Positions 19,929-29,352 of a stretch of DNA of 56,931 nt are shown piece by piece. Position 1 is the first letter of the stretch. Every line of letters starts with the position of its first letter. This DNA is from a virus (taxonomy: Duplodnaviria > Caudoviricetes): positions 1 through 56,931 of IMG/VR virus record IMGVR_UViG_3300030012_002328; one strand, written 5' to 3'. A program made the position numbers and the translations under genes. Below the pieces are notes generated by a model. The model saw only the letters and a program-made list of their open reading frames with translations. It was not told the origin of the DNA and made no database searches.

Positions 19929-20180
19929 TTATGTGACTACCTTCAGTGTGCCGCTGTCGTTATAAACAGACCCAGTTTCAAGTCCCGTGGCTGACGTGGG
20001 CAGATCCTTGAGAACCAGCGGCGATTTAGTGCTGTCCAAGGCCGAAGCACGAAGCTCACCTTCGGAGTTGACCTGCTCGATCAAAAGCTCCAAGGCACGA
20101 GCCAAATCAGAAATGTACTCACGACGATAGTCCTCTGGAGCATCGGAGATTGTGGGTGGTACAAGTGATCGCTGCGGCAT
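19929..20180 (-). CDS. Small virion-associated protein
   Basis: 83 aa, LPTSATGL..GSVYNDSGTLKV tail. Confidence 0.7.
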   Translation of the reverse strand: MPQRSLVPPTISDAPEDYRREYISDLARALELLIEQVNSEGELRASALDSTKSPLVLKDLPTSATGLETGSVYNDSGTLKVVT

Positions 20181-22285
20181 TATCGTTTCCCGTCCGGTCT
20201 TATATCAACACGCGGAACACCAAGCCTCCATTGAGTCCCGAGTCCCGAGCTACTCAAACGCAGAGAAAAGGAGCGACCACGCAGGCGCATGTACAACTCG
20301 TCCGTGTATTGCTCTACTGGGCTCGTGGCACTACGAGCTACGTCGCTGGTAAGTGCTTCACCGAAGTTCTCACCCGGATTGTTATACGCTCTCATCTCAA
20401 ACGTGACCTGTGGGTCCGTGCCTGTTGAGCCAGTAAAGGTAACATCAGGCAGCACTTTGTTGGTCAACATGTACTTATCACCAGCTTCGAGTGACAAGGG
20501 ACTGCTTTCGATAAAGGATGTAATCGCGGTAGCTGGGTTGTTAGACCCGTCATCGTTACCGTTTTCGTGGTTGTAAAGATTGTTGTCGGGTGCAGCGGCG
20601 ACAGGATAAGAGCGTGTCTCAGCATCCACCCAAGCTGTACGAGCCAGCGTACCAAAGTACCAAACCTTCTCTTCATAGTTAAAGACAACATACTTATCGA
20701 CTTCTGTCGAATTGAGTGACGGATAAAACCACCACACTTCGTTGTATTGAGAATTGAGCGCAGCAGTCACCAGTTCACGCTGGTCTAGGTTCAAGTCTTC
20801 AAACACCTTTGCACGAACTGAACACGGGATCTGCGTGGTACGACCATCATAAATGTAGAACTGGTTTTCACCCATCCAGAACACAGCATCATTCACAGCG
20901 ACAGCGGCGTTCGGTCCGATGATGCTAATACCAGTGGAGATCTGAGTAATACCAAAAGTAAACGGTGCGCCGATAAACTTCAGTGAGTGAAGTGACGCGT
21001 CAGTGTAAACCAAGATTTCACGTTTGGTTTCAATCGCAGTGACAAACTTAGACCCCGAACCAATAATCAAATCACCGGCAGTATTTGTAGCAGACGGTGT
21101 CCAGTCGGCAGCGTTCTCTTGGTCAGAAAAACGAATGAGAAGCGGGTCTTGTACGCCGACATCACTGGTCGGATCACAGGCAAAAGCAATAACGTGACGG
21201 TCACGGTCAGAAACAATAATTTGACGAGCGACGGTTGGTGTGCCACTTGCGTTGGACAATGTGTTGAGAACCACGGCTCTGTTGTTCAAGCCATTGCTTT
21301 TGTCCCAGTAGTAAATGTTACCGTCGCGCACATTAGCAATCAGGTCTTCACCAAAGTTATCAAACGACCACAGACGTGCTTCTGTGCCGGACGTTACAGA
21401 GATTGTGGCAGCTTCACCCCAAGCAGTCATGTTGGTGGTGGCAACAACGGTTGCCCCGTTTGAGTGCGCGGCAGCGGTTGTGCTTTCAACACCACGAGTA
21501 CATCCGGTTAGGTCATTGGAGCTTTTACCGGTATAGTTAATAAGCTCTGTCCCGATACGAACTTGACCGGGATTAGACACTGACCCTGCGGGAAACCCAG
21601 AAGCATCTGTCAGAGTAATTGTTGTGGCACTGTTTGTGATAGCACCATTCAATGTCGTGGTTGCGTCGTCAGCAGTTTCGCCGTCCCACGTGCTGGCACC
21701 CCAACCCGTACCGCCAGTGATTGTGTCTAGGCCGGTATTGATTTGATACGTGAGCGTGGGTGTACCACCACCAGTAGCTGTGCTTGTAGCAGTCGTGGCA
21801 ACCGTGATTGTAAAAGTGTTACCATCCACGCGAGTGATAATATGCTCTTTGTTCAAATCAGCGGCCGGAATCCCAGCAAACGTTGTGGCACTGGAAATAG
21901 TGACATAGTCGTTGGTAATTGCACCGTGACCATTGTCGGTAATCGTAACTACTGCGCTACCGCTGGTGGCTGAAAAAGAACCCGAAGATAAGTTAGATGT
22001 CTTACGCTCTGGAGTTATGTCGTTATAGGCGGTGCCTTCTTCAATATAGAGCTTCAGGTGTGTGCCGAGAGCCAGATAGTTAGAACCATCTAGTGCAACC
22101 CAGTTGTGCATCTTACGGCAAACGCCCTCGAACGTCGTAGCAGAGTAACGCGTCCAGCCGCCAATTTTTTCAGCTACGCCGTAGCGAAAGCGGATCTTGT
22201 CGCAATCATACCAGCCACCCTCGTTCATGTAGCGAGTGGTCTCTTGGTTGATGCCGGGCCGGAACTGGAGTTTCATCAAAGGCAT
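20180..22285 (-). CDS. Tail nozzle/stabilisation protein with Thr-rich inserted domains
   Basis: 701 aa, beta-propeller-like segments (IRFSDQEN, VFWMG), podovirus position. Confidence 0.7.
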   Translation of the reverse strand: MPLMKLQFRPGINQETTRYMNEGGWYDCDKIRFRYGVAEKIGGWTRYSATTFEGVCRKMHNWVALDGSNYLALGTHLKLYIEEGTAYNDITPERKTSNLSSGSFSATSGSAVVTITDNGHGAITNDYVTISSATTFAGIPAADLNKEHIITRVDGNTFTITVATTATSTATGGGTPTLTYQINTGLDTITGGTGWGASTWDGETADDATTTLNGAITNSATTITLTDASGFPAGSVSNPGQVRIGTELINYTGKSSNDLTGCTRGVESTTAAAHSNGATVVATTNMTAWGEAATISVTSGTEARLWSFDNFGEDLIANVRDGNIYYWDKSNGLNNRAVVLNTLSNASGTPTVARQIIVSDRDRHVIAFACDPTSDVGVQDPLLIRFSDQENAADWTPSATNTAGDLIIGSGSKFVTAIETKREILVYTDASLHSLKFIGAPFTFGITQISTGISIIGPNAAVAVNDAVFWMGENQFYIYDGRTTQIPCSVRAKVFEDLNLDQRELVTAALNSQYNEVWWFYPSLNSTEVDKYVVFNYEEKVWYFGTLARTAWVDAETRSYPVAAAPDNNLYNHENGNDDGSNNPATAITSFIESSPLSLEAGDKYMLTNKVLPDVTFTGSTGTDPQVTFEMRAYNNPGENFGEALTSDVARSATSPVEQYTDELYMRLRGRSFSLRLSSSGLGTQWRLGVPRVDIRPDGKR

Positions 22286-22294
22286 GTGATACTC

Positions 22295-22993
22295 CTAGTG
22301 TTTTATAATCGCGTTAAGGATAAGACTTGTGTATAGCAACGAACTAACGTTGCTGCTGGTGGCGTTGATGGTTCCCCCAAAAGTAGAGGTAACAGCTAGG
22401 TTCCCTGCCCCGTGAGCATGGTTAGCACCGTTAGCGTTGCCATTAAAAGCATTGCTTGTATTACCAGCAGTGGGGGTGGCGTTGTTCGGGTCTTTTTGCA
22501 TGATATACCCTGCGTTACCACCAGAGCCCTCGTGCGCCACGTTGCTGTTTGAGTGACTTGTAATTCTTAAACTACTGGGTCTAGAGGTGTTGTTGCCAAA
22601 CATCTTGTGCTTGTGAGCAGGCAGATGATTTACTGTTAAAGCAAAGTCAGCGGTGCTGCCACTAACATTAGAAGTAATATTTGCCGAATCTGTGTTGATA
22701 TTCGTGTTAATCGTAGCTGAAGCAGCACCAGCGTTAGCCGCCAGAGTGGTGTTGCCGTCGTCAAAAACAACCTGCTTACCGGCGAGGTCAGGTATATTAA
22801 AAGTGGTACTGCCGTTACCCGAGCCATACGTAGTTCCAATGACAGCGAATAACGCAGCGTAATCAGTTCGTGAAACCGCTTGCCCAGCGCACAAAAGAAA
22901 ACCGCTAGGAGCAGTTGCCGTTGTCCAAGGAACTATCAGCCCAACCGGAACGAATATTGCAGCGTCTCTTTTTAGCTGTCCGTAACTACTCAT
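22295..22993 (-). CDS. Tail-collar domain fibre protein
   Basis: PVGLIVPW..PSGFLLCAGQAVSRTDYAALFAVIGTTYG..FNIPDL; HxH motifs. Start reassigned to MSSYG. Confidence 0.85.
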   Translation of the reverse strand: MSSYGQLKRDAAIFVPVGLIVPWTTATAPSGFLLCAGQAVSRTDYAALFAVIGTTYGSGNGSTTFNIPDLAGKQVVFDDGNTTLAANAGAASATINTNINTDSANITSNVSGSTADFALTVNHLPAHKHKMFGNNTSRPSSLRITSHSNSNVAHEGSGGNAGYIMQKDPNNATPTAGNTSNAFNGNANGANHAHGAGNLAVTSTFGGTINATSSNVSSLLYTSLILNAIIKH

Positions 22994-23285
22994 CTTCCAT
23001 ATGCTCCAACATTGCGACATTGTTTTCAAACATTGTCTTTAGATGACTACACCGCAAGTCACCGTCTTCGCTTATCTCTTCTCCGCCATTGATGCAGTAC
23101 GCCCCAGCGTTGGTATCTTCGTCATAGCTGATATGAGTTGTGTCTTCGGGAAAGCGATCAAAAAACAAAGTAAACTCTTCGTCTTGACCCTCACGCGCAC
23201 TATAGCAATGCTCCGGAAGGAAATAAAAATTCATGCCGTTGCTTGCCCACAAAAACTTGTCTTCTAATCGTGCGTGATACTTCAT
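22986..23285 (-). CDS. Hypothetical protein (possible fibre chaperone)
   Basis: 99 aa acidic ORF between two collar genes. Confidence 0.65.
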   Translation of the reverse strand: MKYHARLEDKFLWASNGMNFYFLPEHCYSAREGQDEEFTLFFDRFPEDTTHISYDEDTNAGAYCINGGEEISEDGDLRCSHLKTMFENNVAMLEHMEDE

Positions 23286-23286
23286 G

Positions 23287-23979
23287 TTAAAACTTTATCA
23301 TGTAACGAATTGCGAGATACGGGTTTTCAATATCAACAGCACTGGCTGTAGCGTTTAGGTTAGATTGATTGAAAGAGGCAGTGACATTTCCGCTAATATC
23401 GTGAGTGTGTGCGCCGTTACTGTTACTACTTTCTCCAATAGGGTTACTTGTTTTACCTCTTTCCGCAGTATTGTTTGAAGCAACAAGAGAATACCGAAAG
23501 TTAGTATCAGAGCCCGAGCCACCCAGCGCAACTTGAGTAAGCGATGTCGCGTTGGGCTGGCTGACAGCGTTGGAAGTTTCGTTAGTAGCTATGTGGTGCG
23601 TGTGAGCCGGAATGGATACGTTCGCAGTGTCAGTAACATTTATGTTTTCCGTAACACTCATGTTACGGGTCGCAGACGGAAACGTGATATTCGGTGTTTG
23701 ATCCGCCAAAGCTGTACTGTTTTTCGAAGCAAACGTTCGGTTGTTACTCGCGCCGATAGCAGACCTGTCTTGGAAGTCAGGCAGATTAAAGTTATTACTG
23801 TCCACACTACCGAAGGTCGTGCTAATCACCGCGAACAAATCAGCATAAAGAGTTCGTGAAACGGAAGATCCATCGCAATACAAAAAGCCTGCCGGAACGT
23901 TAGCCTTTGACCAAGGCATAATTGTCCCTACCGGAAGGTAGAGAGCGGTATCACCTTTGATTTTGGAGTATGTAGCCAC
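23287..23979 (-). CDS. Tail-collar domain fibre protein (paralogue)
   Basis: PVGTIMPW..PAGFLYCDGSSVSRTLYADLFAVI..FNLPDF; HTH motifs. Confidence 0.85.
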   Translation of the reverse strand: MATYSKIKGDTALYLPVGTIMPWSKANVPAGFLYCDGSSVSRTLYADLFAVISTTFGSVDSNNFNLPDFQDRSAIGASNNRTFASKNSTALADQTPNITFPSATRNMSVTENINVTDTANVSIPAHTHHIATNETSNAVSQPNATSLTQVALGGSGSDTNFRYSLVASNNTAERGKTSNPIGESSNSNGAHTHDISGNVTASFNQSNLNATASAVDIENPYLAIRYMIKF

Positions 23980-24693
23980 TTAGACCTCCGTCAAACGCCA
24001 GCCTTTGCCGCTTGTGTCGTTGTAAACCAAACCAAAAGCTGCTTCGTCTGTAGAGACCGTCATGTTCTCCTCTAATCCTTGGATTCTTTCTCCGTTTCGA
24101 TCGATAGTAATGTTGTTAGTTGCGGCACTCCCCAAGTCGATAATCTTGATAGTGTCGCCACGATTCGGGGAAGCAGGTAACGTAAGTGTTACCGCAGCAC
24201 TCGAAGTATCAACAAAGTAACCCGTTCCTCTAACAAGAGTCGTAGCAGAAGAGATGTCGGTAGAGTTCCATGTAAAACCGCCATCAGGGGCGACCAGCAA
24301 ATCTACGACACCAGCACCAGAACCCGTGCCTTCAAGATAGATTGCTTTGAACGAGTTCGGGTTAACAGCAACCGTGTTTCCCGAGCCTTGTTTAATCGTT
24401 TGAATTTTAGAAGAGGCATTATGGATAAAGTAAACTTTTTCCACGTCATTTGGACCGATTGTGATAGTAGATGCTGTTACTCCGGTGAATTTGAGAACCG
24501 CGCTACGAGCATTGTCCAAAGAGCCTTGCGGAATAGACAAAGACGTTGTTGATCCGGTGATGGCAATCGTAGCAACTCCACCGATTGCCTGCTCGATTAT
24601 CTCTAAGTTGCGGTTTGTAGTCGTACCCCAAACACCGGCCTGCTCACCGGTTGCCATAAGTTCGATACCAAGATTACTGTAAGTAGAAGCCAT
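23980..24693 (-). CDS. Tail/fibre structural protein
   Basis: MASTYS..GEQAGVWG N-terminus; C-terminal YFVDTS..TLTLPASP..GD domain. Confidence 0.7.
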   Translation of the reverse strand: MASTYSNLGIELMATGEQAGVWGTTTNRNLEIIEQAIGGVATIAITGSTTSLSIPQGSLDNARSAVLKFTGVTASTITIGPNDVEKVYFIHNASSKIQTIKQGSGNTVAVNPNSFKAIYLEGTGSGAGVVDLLVAPDGGFTWNSTDISSATTLVRGTGYFVDTSSAAVTLTLPASPNRGDTIKIIDLGSAATNNITIDRNGERIQGLEENMTVSTDEAAFGLVYNDTSGKGWRLTEV

Positions 24694-25265
24694 TACGGTC
24701 TTACCTCATTCCAATTACTGGACGGGGTGCTTACCGCCGCCCAACTATTTGACGTATTTTCATCCACGTCATTATACACTGGTTCTGGATCTTGACCAGT
24801 AATTACACGAGTCCAAAGAGTGGGTTGCCCGACTTGCCCTGTAGCTGAAACGCCCGTCAGTTTGTACACGCTGGCCTGATTCACTGTGCCAACCGACACT
24901 GTTGAGCTCACACCCGTGACTAAAACATTAGCACTAGCTGCGGCAACCTCATTGCCAAGTGTTCCTGTCCCAGCTACACCAGTCGCAGAAACAGTGACAC
25001 CAGTTCCTTCAACAACAGATTCGTCACCAACAGAACCGGTCATGGCAGCTAGTGTTACCGAAACATCCGCCGCCGCTGCAACAGTGACTGTACCAACCTG
25101 ACCCGTTGCAAATTGACCTGTAACCGCGAACTCACCCTCACCGACAACGGCTGGTTGAGACACGGAACCTGTTGCGCTCAAACCAGTAGGTACAACAACA
25201 ACATCGGGATTTATACCCAATCCGCCAAAAGTAGTCTGTGAAAATGTTTTTTGTGCAAACGCCAT
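24693..25265 (-). CDS. Val/Thr/Gly-rich structural protein
   Basis: Repeated TGxSATGxVG units. Confidence 0.65.
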   Translation of the reverse strand: MAFAQKTFSQTTFGGLGINPDVVVVPTGLSATGSVSQPAVVGEGEFAVTGQFATGQVGTVTVAAAADVSVTLAAMTGSVGDESVVEGTGVTVSATGVAGTGTLGNEVAAASANVLVTGVSSTVSVGTVNQASVYKLTGVSATGQVGQPTLWTRVITGQDPEPVYNDVDENTSNSWAAVSTPSSNWNEVRP

Positions 25266-25271
25266 GCTCGA

Positions 25272-25820
25272 TTATACCAGAGCAGGACCGGACATCCAAG
25301 CAACCAGTGTTTGCCTTTTTCCTTTAGTTACAGGAGTAACTCTATGCTCGAGCCAAGACGGAAAAGCTATAACAGTGCCGCGTTGACGAAGGGCTGGGAC
25401 ATCTTCGATATTGCCCCCATAATGACGAAACTGGAAGTCTCCTCCCTCATAGTCGTCTGGGTCAGTAAGCTGAACAATAATACTGACCTTACGCATTTCA
25501 GATTCAAGCTTAACCGTGTCCATATGCCATTCGTAGTACTGCTCTTTGGTGTATTCAGTAAACTGAATTGCTGAAATACAGTCTATTTGCATCTTCCAAG
25601 CAGATTGATTAGCTTGATGCCCAAAACCAGATATTGCGTTTCTTATAAAGTTATCACTTATCCAACGAACACTTGAGTCACGTTGCTCCTCAATTAAGTC
25701 TCCTTCCCCTACAACTCCTTTTTCAGGTTCGATGTTTTGAGCAAGCGAGACTATATAATCGCACGTTTCGTCTGAAAGTTCTTTTTCCCAAGCCCAAAAT
25801 AAAGGTTGAACCGGTATCAA
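25272..25820 (-). CDS. 2OG-Fe(II) oxygenase, prolyl-4-hydroxylase-like
   Basis: WHMD, RKVS, YEGGDF, FPSWLEHRVTPVTKGKR. Confidence 0.9.
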   Translation of the reverse strand: MIPVQPLFWAWEKELSDETCDYIVSLAQNIEPEKGVVGEGDLIEEQRDSSVRWISDNFIRNAISGFGHQANQSAWKMQIDCISAIQFTEYTKEQYYEWHMDTVKLESEMRKVSIIVQLTDPDDYEGGDFQFRHYGGNIEDVPALRQRGTVIAFPSWLEHRVTPVTKGKRQTLVAWMSGPALV

Positions 25821-26512
25821 GAGTCGGGCTTCCAGACGCGAACAATACGAAGACCGACATCGTTATGGTTGGTAATGACGGTGTCTGAGGTTATATGAGT
25901 AGGTGTATCGGCTGCGATAACGTCATCGTCGGAGGTGACTACATTTTCCGTGATTGTATATAGCGTGTTGTCGCTTTTAGGCTCTAGCGTAACAGTCCCG
26001 TGAGCGGGTAGTTCTCTAAACTCTTTTACCCAATCGCCTTTCGGACCGCCGCTTGTAATAAAACAATACATCTTCGCACCAATAGGCAAGCTGAGTTTCG
26101 AGTGCTCGTTTCTAAAAGACCACTTTTGGAACGGGAACTCTCTATATTCTGTTATGTCAAAATCCTTGCCATGTGTATCAAGCTTTAAGACATTTCCGAA
26201 TCTACGAAACCTTGGGTTCGCCCACCCATACTCGGACTTCATGTATTCCATGAAACCTTCTATATCTTGTTCAGTGTGCCTATCGTCTAAATCCCACTCA
26301 AGCTCGTTAGCACCTTTGGCGATGAAGTTACTGTCATAGGACTTAATAAGATACGGGCGATCAGGGTGGATTTGACCCGTCCCCTTCATCATATCCGTTG
26401 TCTTTTCACGCTCTAGATAAGCGTTGTGCTCATCCACAACTACTAAACTAAACGCTACTTCGTTTAGGTATAGCTTATGTTTCTCGAACTTGAGGTTGTT
26501 GTTAATCAGCAT
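25817..26512 (-). CDS. Hypothetical protein
   Basis: 231 aa, overlapping neighbours in the operon. Confidence 0.7.
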   Translation of the reverse strand: MLINNNLKFEKHKLYLNEVAFSLVVVDEHNAYLEREKTTDMMKGTGQIHPDRPYLIKSYDSNFIAKGANELEWDLDDRHTEQDIEGFMEYMKSEYGWANPRFRRFGNVLKLDTHGKDFDITEYREFPFQKWSFRNEHSKLSLPIGAKMYCFITSGGPKGDWVKEFRELPAHGTVTLEPKSDNTLYTITENVVTSDDDVIAADTPTHITSDTVITNHNDVGLRIVRVWKPDS

Positions 26513-26843
26513 TCACTGCATCCGATGCGACAGCAGCAATAAAATCATCTGGGTCTAGAAGCCCTGACTCATCACCACCCGGATTTTGCTGCAAGGTATC
26601 GGTAGTGCCAACCAAGTCTCTGCCAAAACGTTTTACGGTCTTGACTACCGGCTTTATTACTTCTCGGATTGCTTTTTGAATAGCGTCTTTTGAGGCAACA
26701 ACATCAACAGTTTCTCCGTCGTCTTCGATGACAGCGGGAACAATAATCCGGTTTTCTTGGTCTTCATGAGTATAAACAACCACATACTCGTCGGTTTCGT
26801 CGTCAAAATCTATAACACGATACTCTGTCATTTTTTCACCCAC
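26502..26843 (-). CDS. Hypothetical acidic protein
   Basis: 113 aa ORF in the operon. Confidence 0.65.
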   Translation of the reverse strand: MGEKMTEYRVIDFDDETDEYVVVYTHEDQENRIIVPAVIEDDGETVDVVASKDAIQKAIREVIKPVVKTVKRFGRDLVGTTDTLQQNPGGDESGLLDPDDFIAAVASDAVNAD

Positions 26844-27517
26844 ATTGTGTCTCGATACAAACTGTTTTTGCTACCGCGCTTGCGCCGTGTCAGATCCAGC
26901 TTGTCTAGCTCCTTTTGATTCATGGCACGGATTTCTGCTTTTTTGCTGAAGCCGCGCTTGAACGGGATTACCTGAACAATAGGCTCTCCACGCGGTATCA
27001 TTATACTGCCTTCCGTTGGTATTAGGAAGCCGGGGAAGTTGATGTACTCAAAATATTTGTCTGTGTCTACAATGCCGGAAATAGCTTCGAAGTATTTTAG
27101 ATCACGGTTTACAGGGGGAACAAACATGCACGACCAGCCCGGAGGGGTGGTTATCTGCCAGTAGTTGATGAACTTTAGTGGTGGCTTGGGTATTTGTGAG
27201 TGACCAACTATTTGAGCATGACTGTGTTCTTCAAATACGGTTTCAGGAAAATCTGATTGCCACGAAACGTCTGCGCCATCATTTGTGATAGTCAAATAAA
27301 TATCTGCGGGGGCACCAATTAACCACCCCGTTTGCAGGATATCAATGAACGGCGGACATCGTTTTATTGTCCTATCTTTCGGGTTGTCGTTTACAAAAGG
27401 CTTTAATCTTTTGAACCATTCCGGCATCACTGTCCTTGCGGGAACAGGATCGGGAATAATGTCTTTTAAGTGAGGATAGGTTGTGAAGGTAATCTTCGGG
27501 TCTCTACGAAATATCAT
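26828..27517 (-). CDS. Conserved phage protein (DUF6065-like), paralogue of 38436..39185
   Basis: PEWFK, TIKRCPPFID, GIVDTD, RGEPIVQVIPFKR. Family name recalled, not searched. Confidence 0.6.
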   Translation of the reverse strand: MIFRRDPKITFTTYPHLKDIIPDPVPARTVMPEWFKRLKPFVNDNPKDRTIKRCPPFIDILQTGWLIGAPADIYLTITNDGADVSWQSDFPETVFEEHSHAQIVGHSQIPKPPLKFINYWQITTPPGWSCMFVPPVNRDLKYFEAISGIVDTDKYFEYINFPGFLIPTEGSIMIPRGEPIVQVIPFKRGFSKKAEIRAMNQKELDKLDLTRRKRGSKNSLYRDTMWVKK

Positions 27518-29025
27518 TGCCTCGTCCAGTTTACTGTAACACCACCACCAGACCCAACAGTCACCGCTACAGCTTGTTGGGCTGTGTTAATTGTTACAAG
27601 ATTTGACACGTTAGCACCAGCACTTCCTGCGTTGCCAGCATTTCCGGGGTTTCCGTTGGCTCCAGCGGCACCGGGATTAGCATTACCGTTTGACCCAGCA
27701 TTACCTGCCGCGCCGGGGTTACCTGATCCGCCGGAACCGGCTCCGCTACCAGCATTACCTGCTGACCCCGCGTTTCCAGAGCTTCCGGAGTTCCCAGAGG
27801 TACCGTTGCTACCACTACCACCGCGACCACCGCGACCACCAGCCTTACCATTACGACTGCCATTGCCGAAGCCACCGTTACCGGCAGGGCCAAAGGGGTT
27901 ACTACCACCGGGAATGTCTGGTGAGCCTATGTTTCCGGTTGTTGCATTCGGGTAGCTTTGACCAGACGCACCACCATTACCGCCACCGCCAGCAGTTCCT
28001 CCGGCTCCTCCGGTTCCACCATTGCCGCCACTACCAGCGTTGCCAGCACCACCGGGGTTACCAGCGTTGCCAGCATTACCGGCTGCACCAGCATCACCGT
28101 TGTTCCCGGGGTTGCCGGGATTACCAGCATTAGCATTGCCCCCAGCACCACCAGCACCACCCGTTCCAGCCGCACCACCCGTTCCAGCCGCACCACCAGA
28201 AGCTGTTACAAAATTACCGAAGGTTGTATCAACACCAACATTGCCGCTAGTACCAGCATTCCCCGAGTTGCCAGAAGCTCCTTGGTTTCCGGCACTTCCT
28301 GAGTTACCCGAGCCACCAGCAGTTGCACCTGTTCCAGCGTTTCCTGCATTACCGGCTGCACCAGCACCGCCGGGGTTTCCTGCACCGCCGTTGTTTCCGC
28401 TACCAGAATTACCGTTACTACCAGCATTACCTGCGGTACCTGCACTACCCGAGCCACCAGCATTTGGTGTTCTATTAAACCCGCTGTTCTCGGCGTTACC
28501 GGCAGCACCCCCAGCACCGCCAGGAGGAACACCGCTAGGTGACGGCGCGGTTGATCCAGCATTACCCGGGTTGCCATTAAAGGCGGTAGTTCCGGGTTGA
28601 GGCAAAACAACACTATTGTTTTTAGTGCAAAAAAAACCACCAATACCATTGTTACCAGCACCCCCAGCACCGCCGCCGCCGCCGCCACCACCACTAGCTT
28701 TGTTACCAGCCGCGCCCGGATTACCAGAGTTACCCGTACCGGCAGAACCACCATTACCTGCCGCACCATTGTTTCCAGGGTTGCCGGGGTTACCAGCATT
28801 GCCAGCACCACCCGCAGACCCAGCAGTACCCGCTGTTCCAGCGTTACCAGTCGCACCTTGGTTACCTGGGTTTCCGCCATTGCCTGGCGTACCTGTGCCG
28901 CCTGTAGCGTTTACAGTTACTTTGTGGACACCCGGAGGAAGATTAAACGTACCGCTTGAGTTAAACGTCGCACTACCACCGGGGTAAAGCGGGTCATACC
29001 GTGTTGCGGTACCTACGGAAGGCAT
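27514..29025 (-). CDS. Gly-X-Y repeat (collagen-like/polyglycine II) fibre protein
   Basis: 503 aa dominated by GNA/GNP/GAA/GSA/GTA triplets, with short non-repetitive ends. Confidence 0.85.
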   Translation of the reverse strand: MPSVGTATRYDPLYPGGSATFNSSGTFNLPPGVHKVTVNATGGTGTPGNGGNPGNQGATGNAGTAGTAGSAGGAGNAGNPGNPGNNGAAGNGGSAGTGNSGNPGAAGNKASGGGGGGGGAGGAGNNGIGGFFCTKNNSVVLPQPGTTAFNGNPGNAGSTAPSPSGVPPGGAGGAAGNAENSGFNRTPNAGGSGSAGTAGNAGSNGNSGSGNNGGAGNPGGAGAAGNAGNAGTGATAGGSGNSGSAGNQGASGNSGNAGTSGNVGVDTTFGNFVTASGGAAGTGGAAGTGGAGGAGGNANAGNPGNPGNNGDAGAAGNAGNAGNPGGAGNAGSGGNGGTGGAGGTAGGGGNGGASGQSYPNATTGNIGSPDIPGGSNPFGPAGNGGFGNGSRNGKAGGRGGRGGSGSNGTSGNSGSSGNAGSAGNAGSGAGSGGSGNPGAAGNAGSNGNANPGAAGANGNPGNAGNAGSAGANVSNLVTINTAQQAVAVTVGSGGGVTVNWTRQ

Positions 29026-29351
29026 TAACTTACCTGTTGAGCAAGCGTTGTGAAATCAGAGGGGAGATCACTGCTTTGAGTAGCATACGAACCTTTTACA
29101 TACTTGTCGGAACCATCATCGGCTTCCCATATCACTCGGTCATATGTTAAAACCGGTGAGTTAGTGAAGATAACTGGGTTTCCCTCACCGTCTTCAAACC
29201 AAGTAGAAATAGCACGAAGATCGTCTATCGGGTCTGTGTAATCCAGATTAGTGTATGCGATACCGTTCTGATCAAGCCACTGACGAAACTCAGCAGATGC
29301 AGCCTGACCTACCTTTGCATGGAGATGGATATTTTCATACCTGACTGTCAT
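29025..29351 (-). CDS. Glutaredoxin-fold-like protein lacking CxxC
   Basis: WLDQNGIAYTNLD and a later SP motif; no Cys in the protein. Confidence 0.4.
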   Translation of the reverse strand: MTVRYENIHLHAKVGQAASAEFRQWLDQNGIAYTNLDYTDPIDDLRAISTWFEDGEGNPVIFTNSPVLTYDRVIWEADDGSDKYVKGSYATQSSDLPSDFTTLAQQVS

Positions 29352-29352
29352 C

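Noticed and set aside
22295-23979. Diversity-generating retroelement or invertible tail cassette
   Set aside because: No reverse transcriptase or invertase, and no near-identical template/variable repeat pair seen.
27470-28987. Long Pro/Ala-rich and Thr-rich ORFs on the + strand and alternate frames
   Set aside because: By-products of the GGN-rich repeat gene; no RBS or promoter support.
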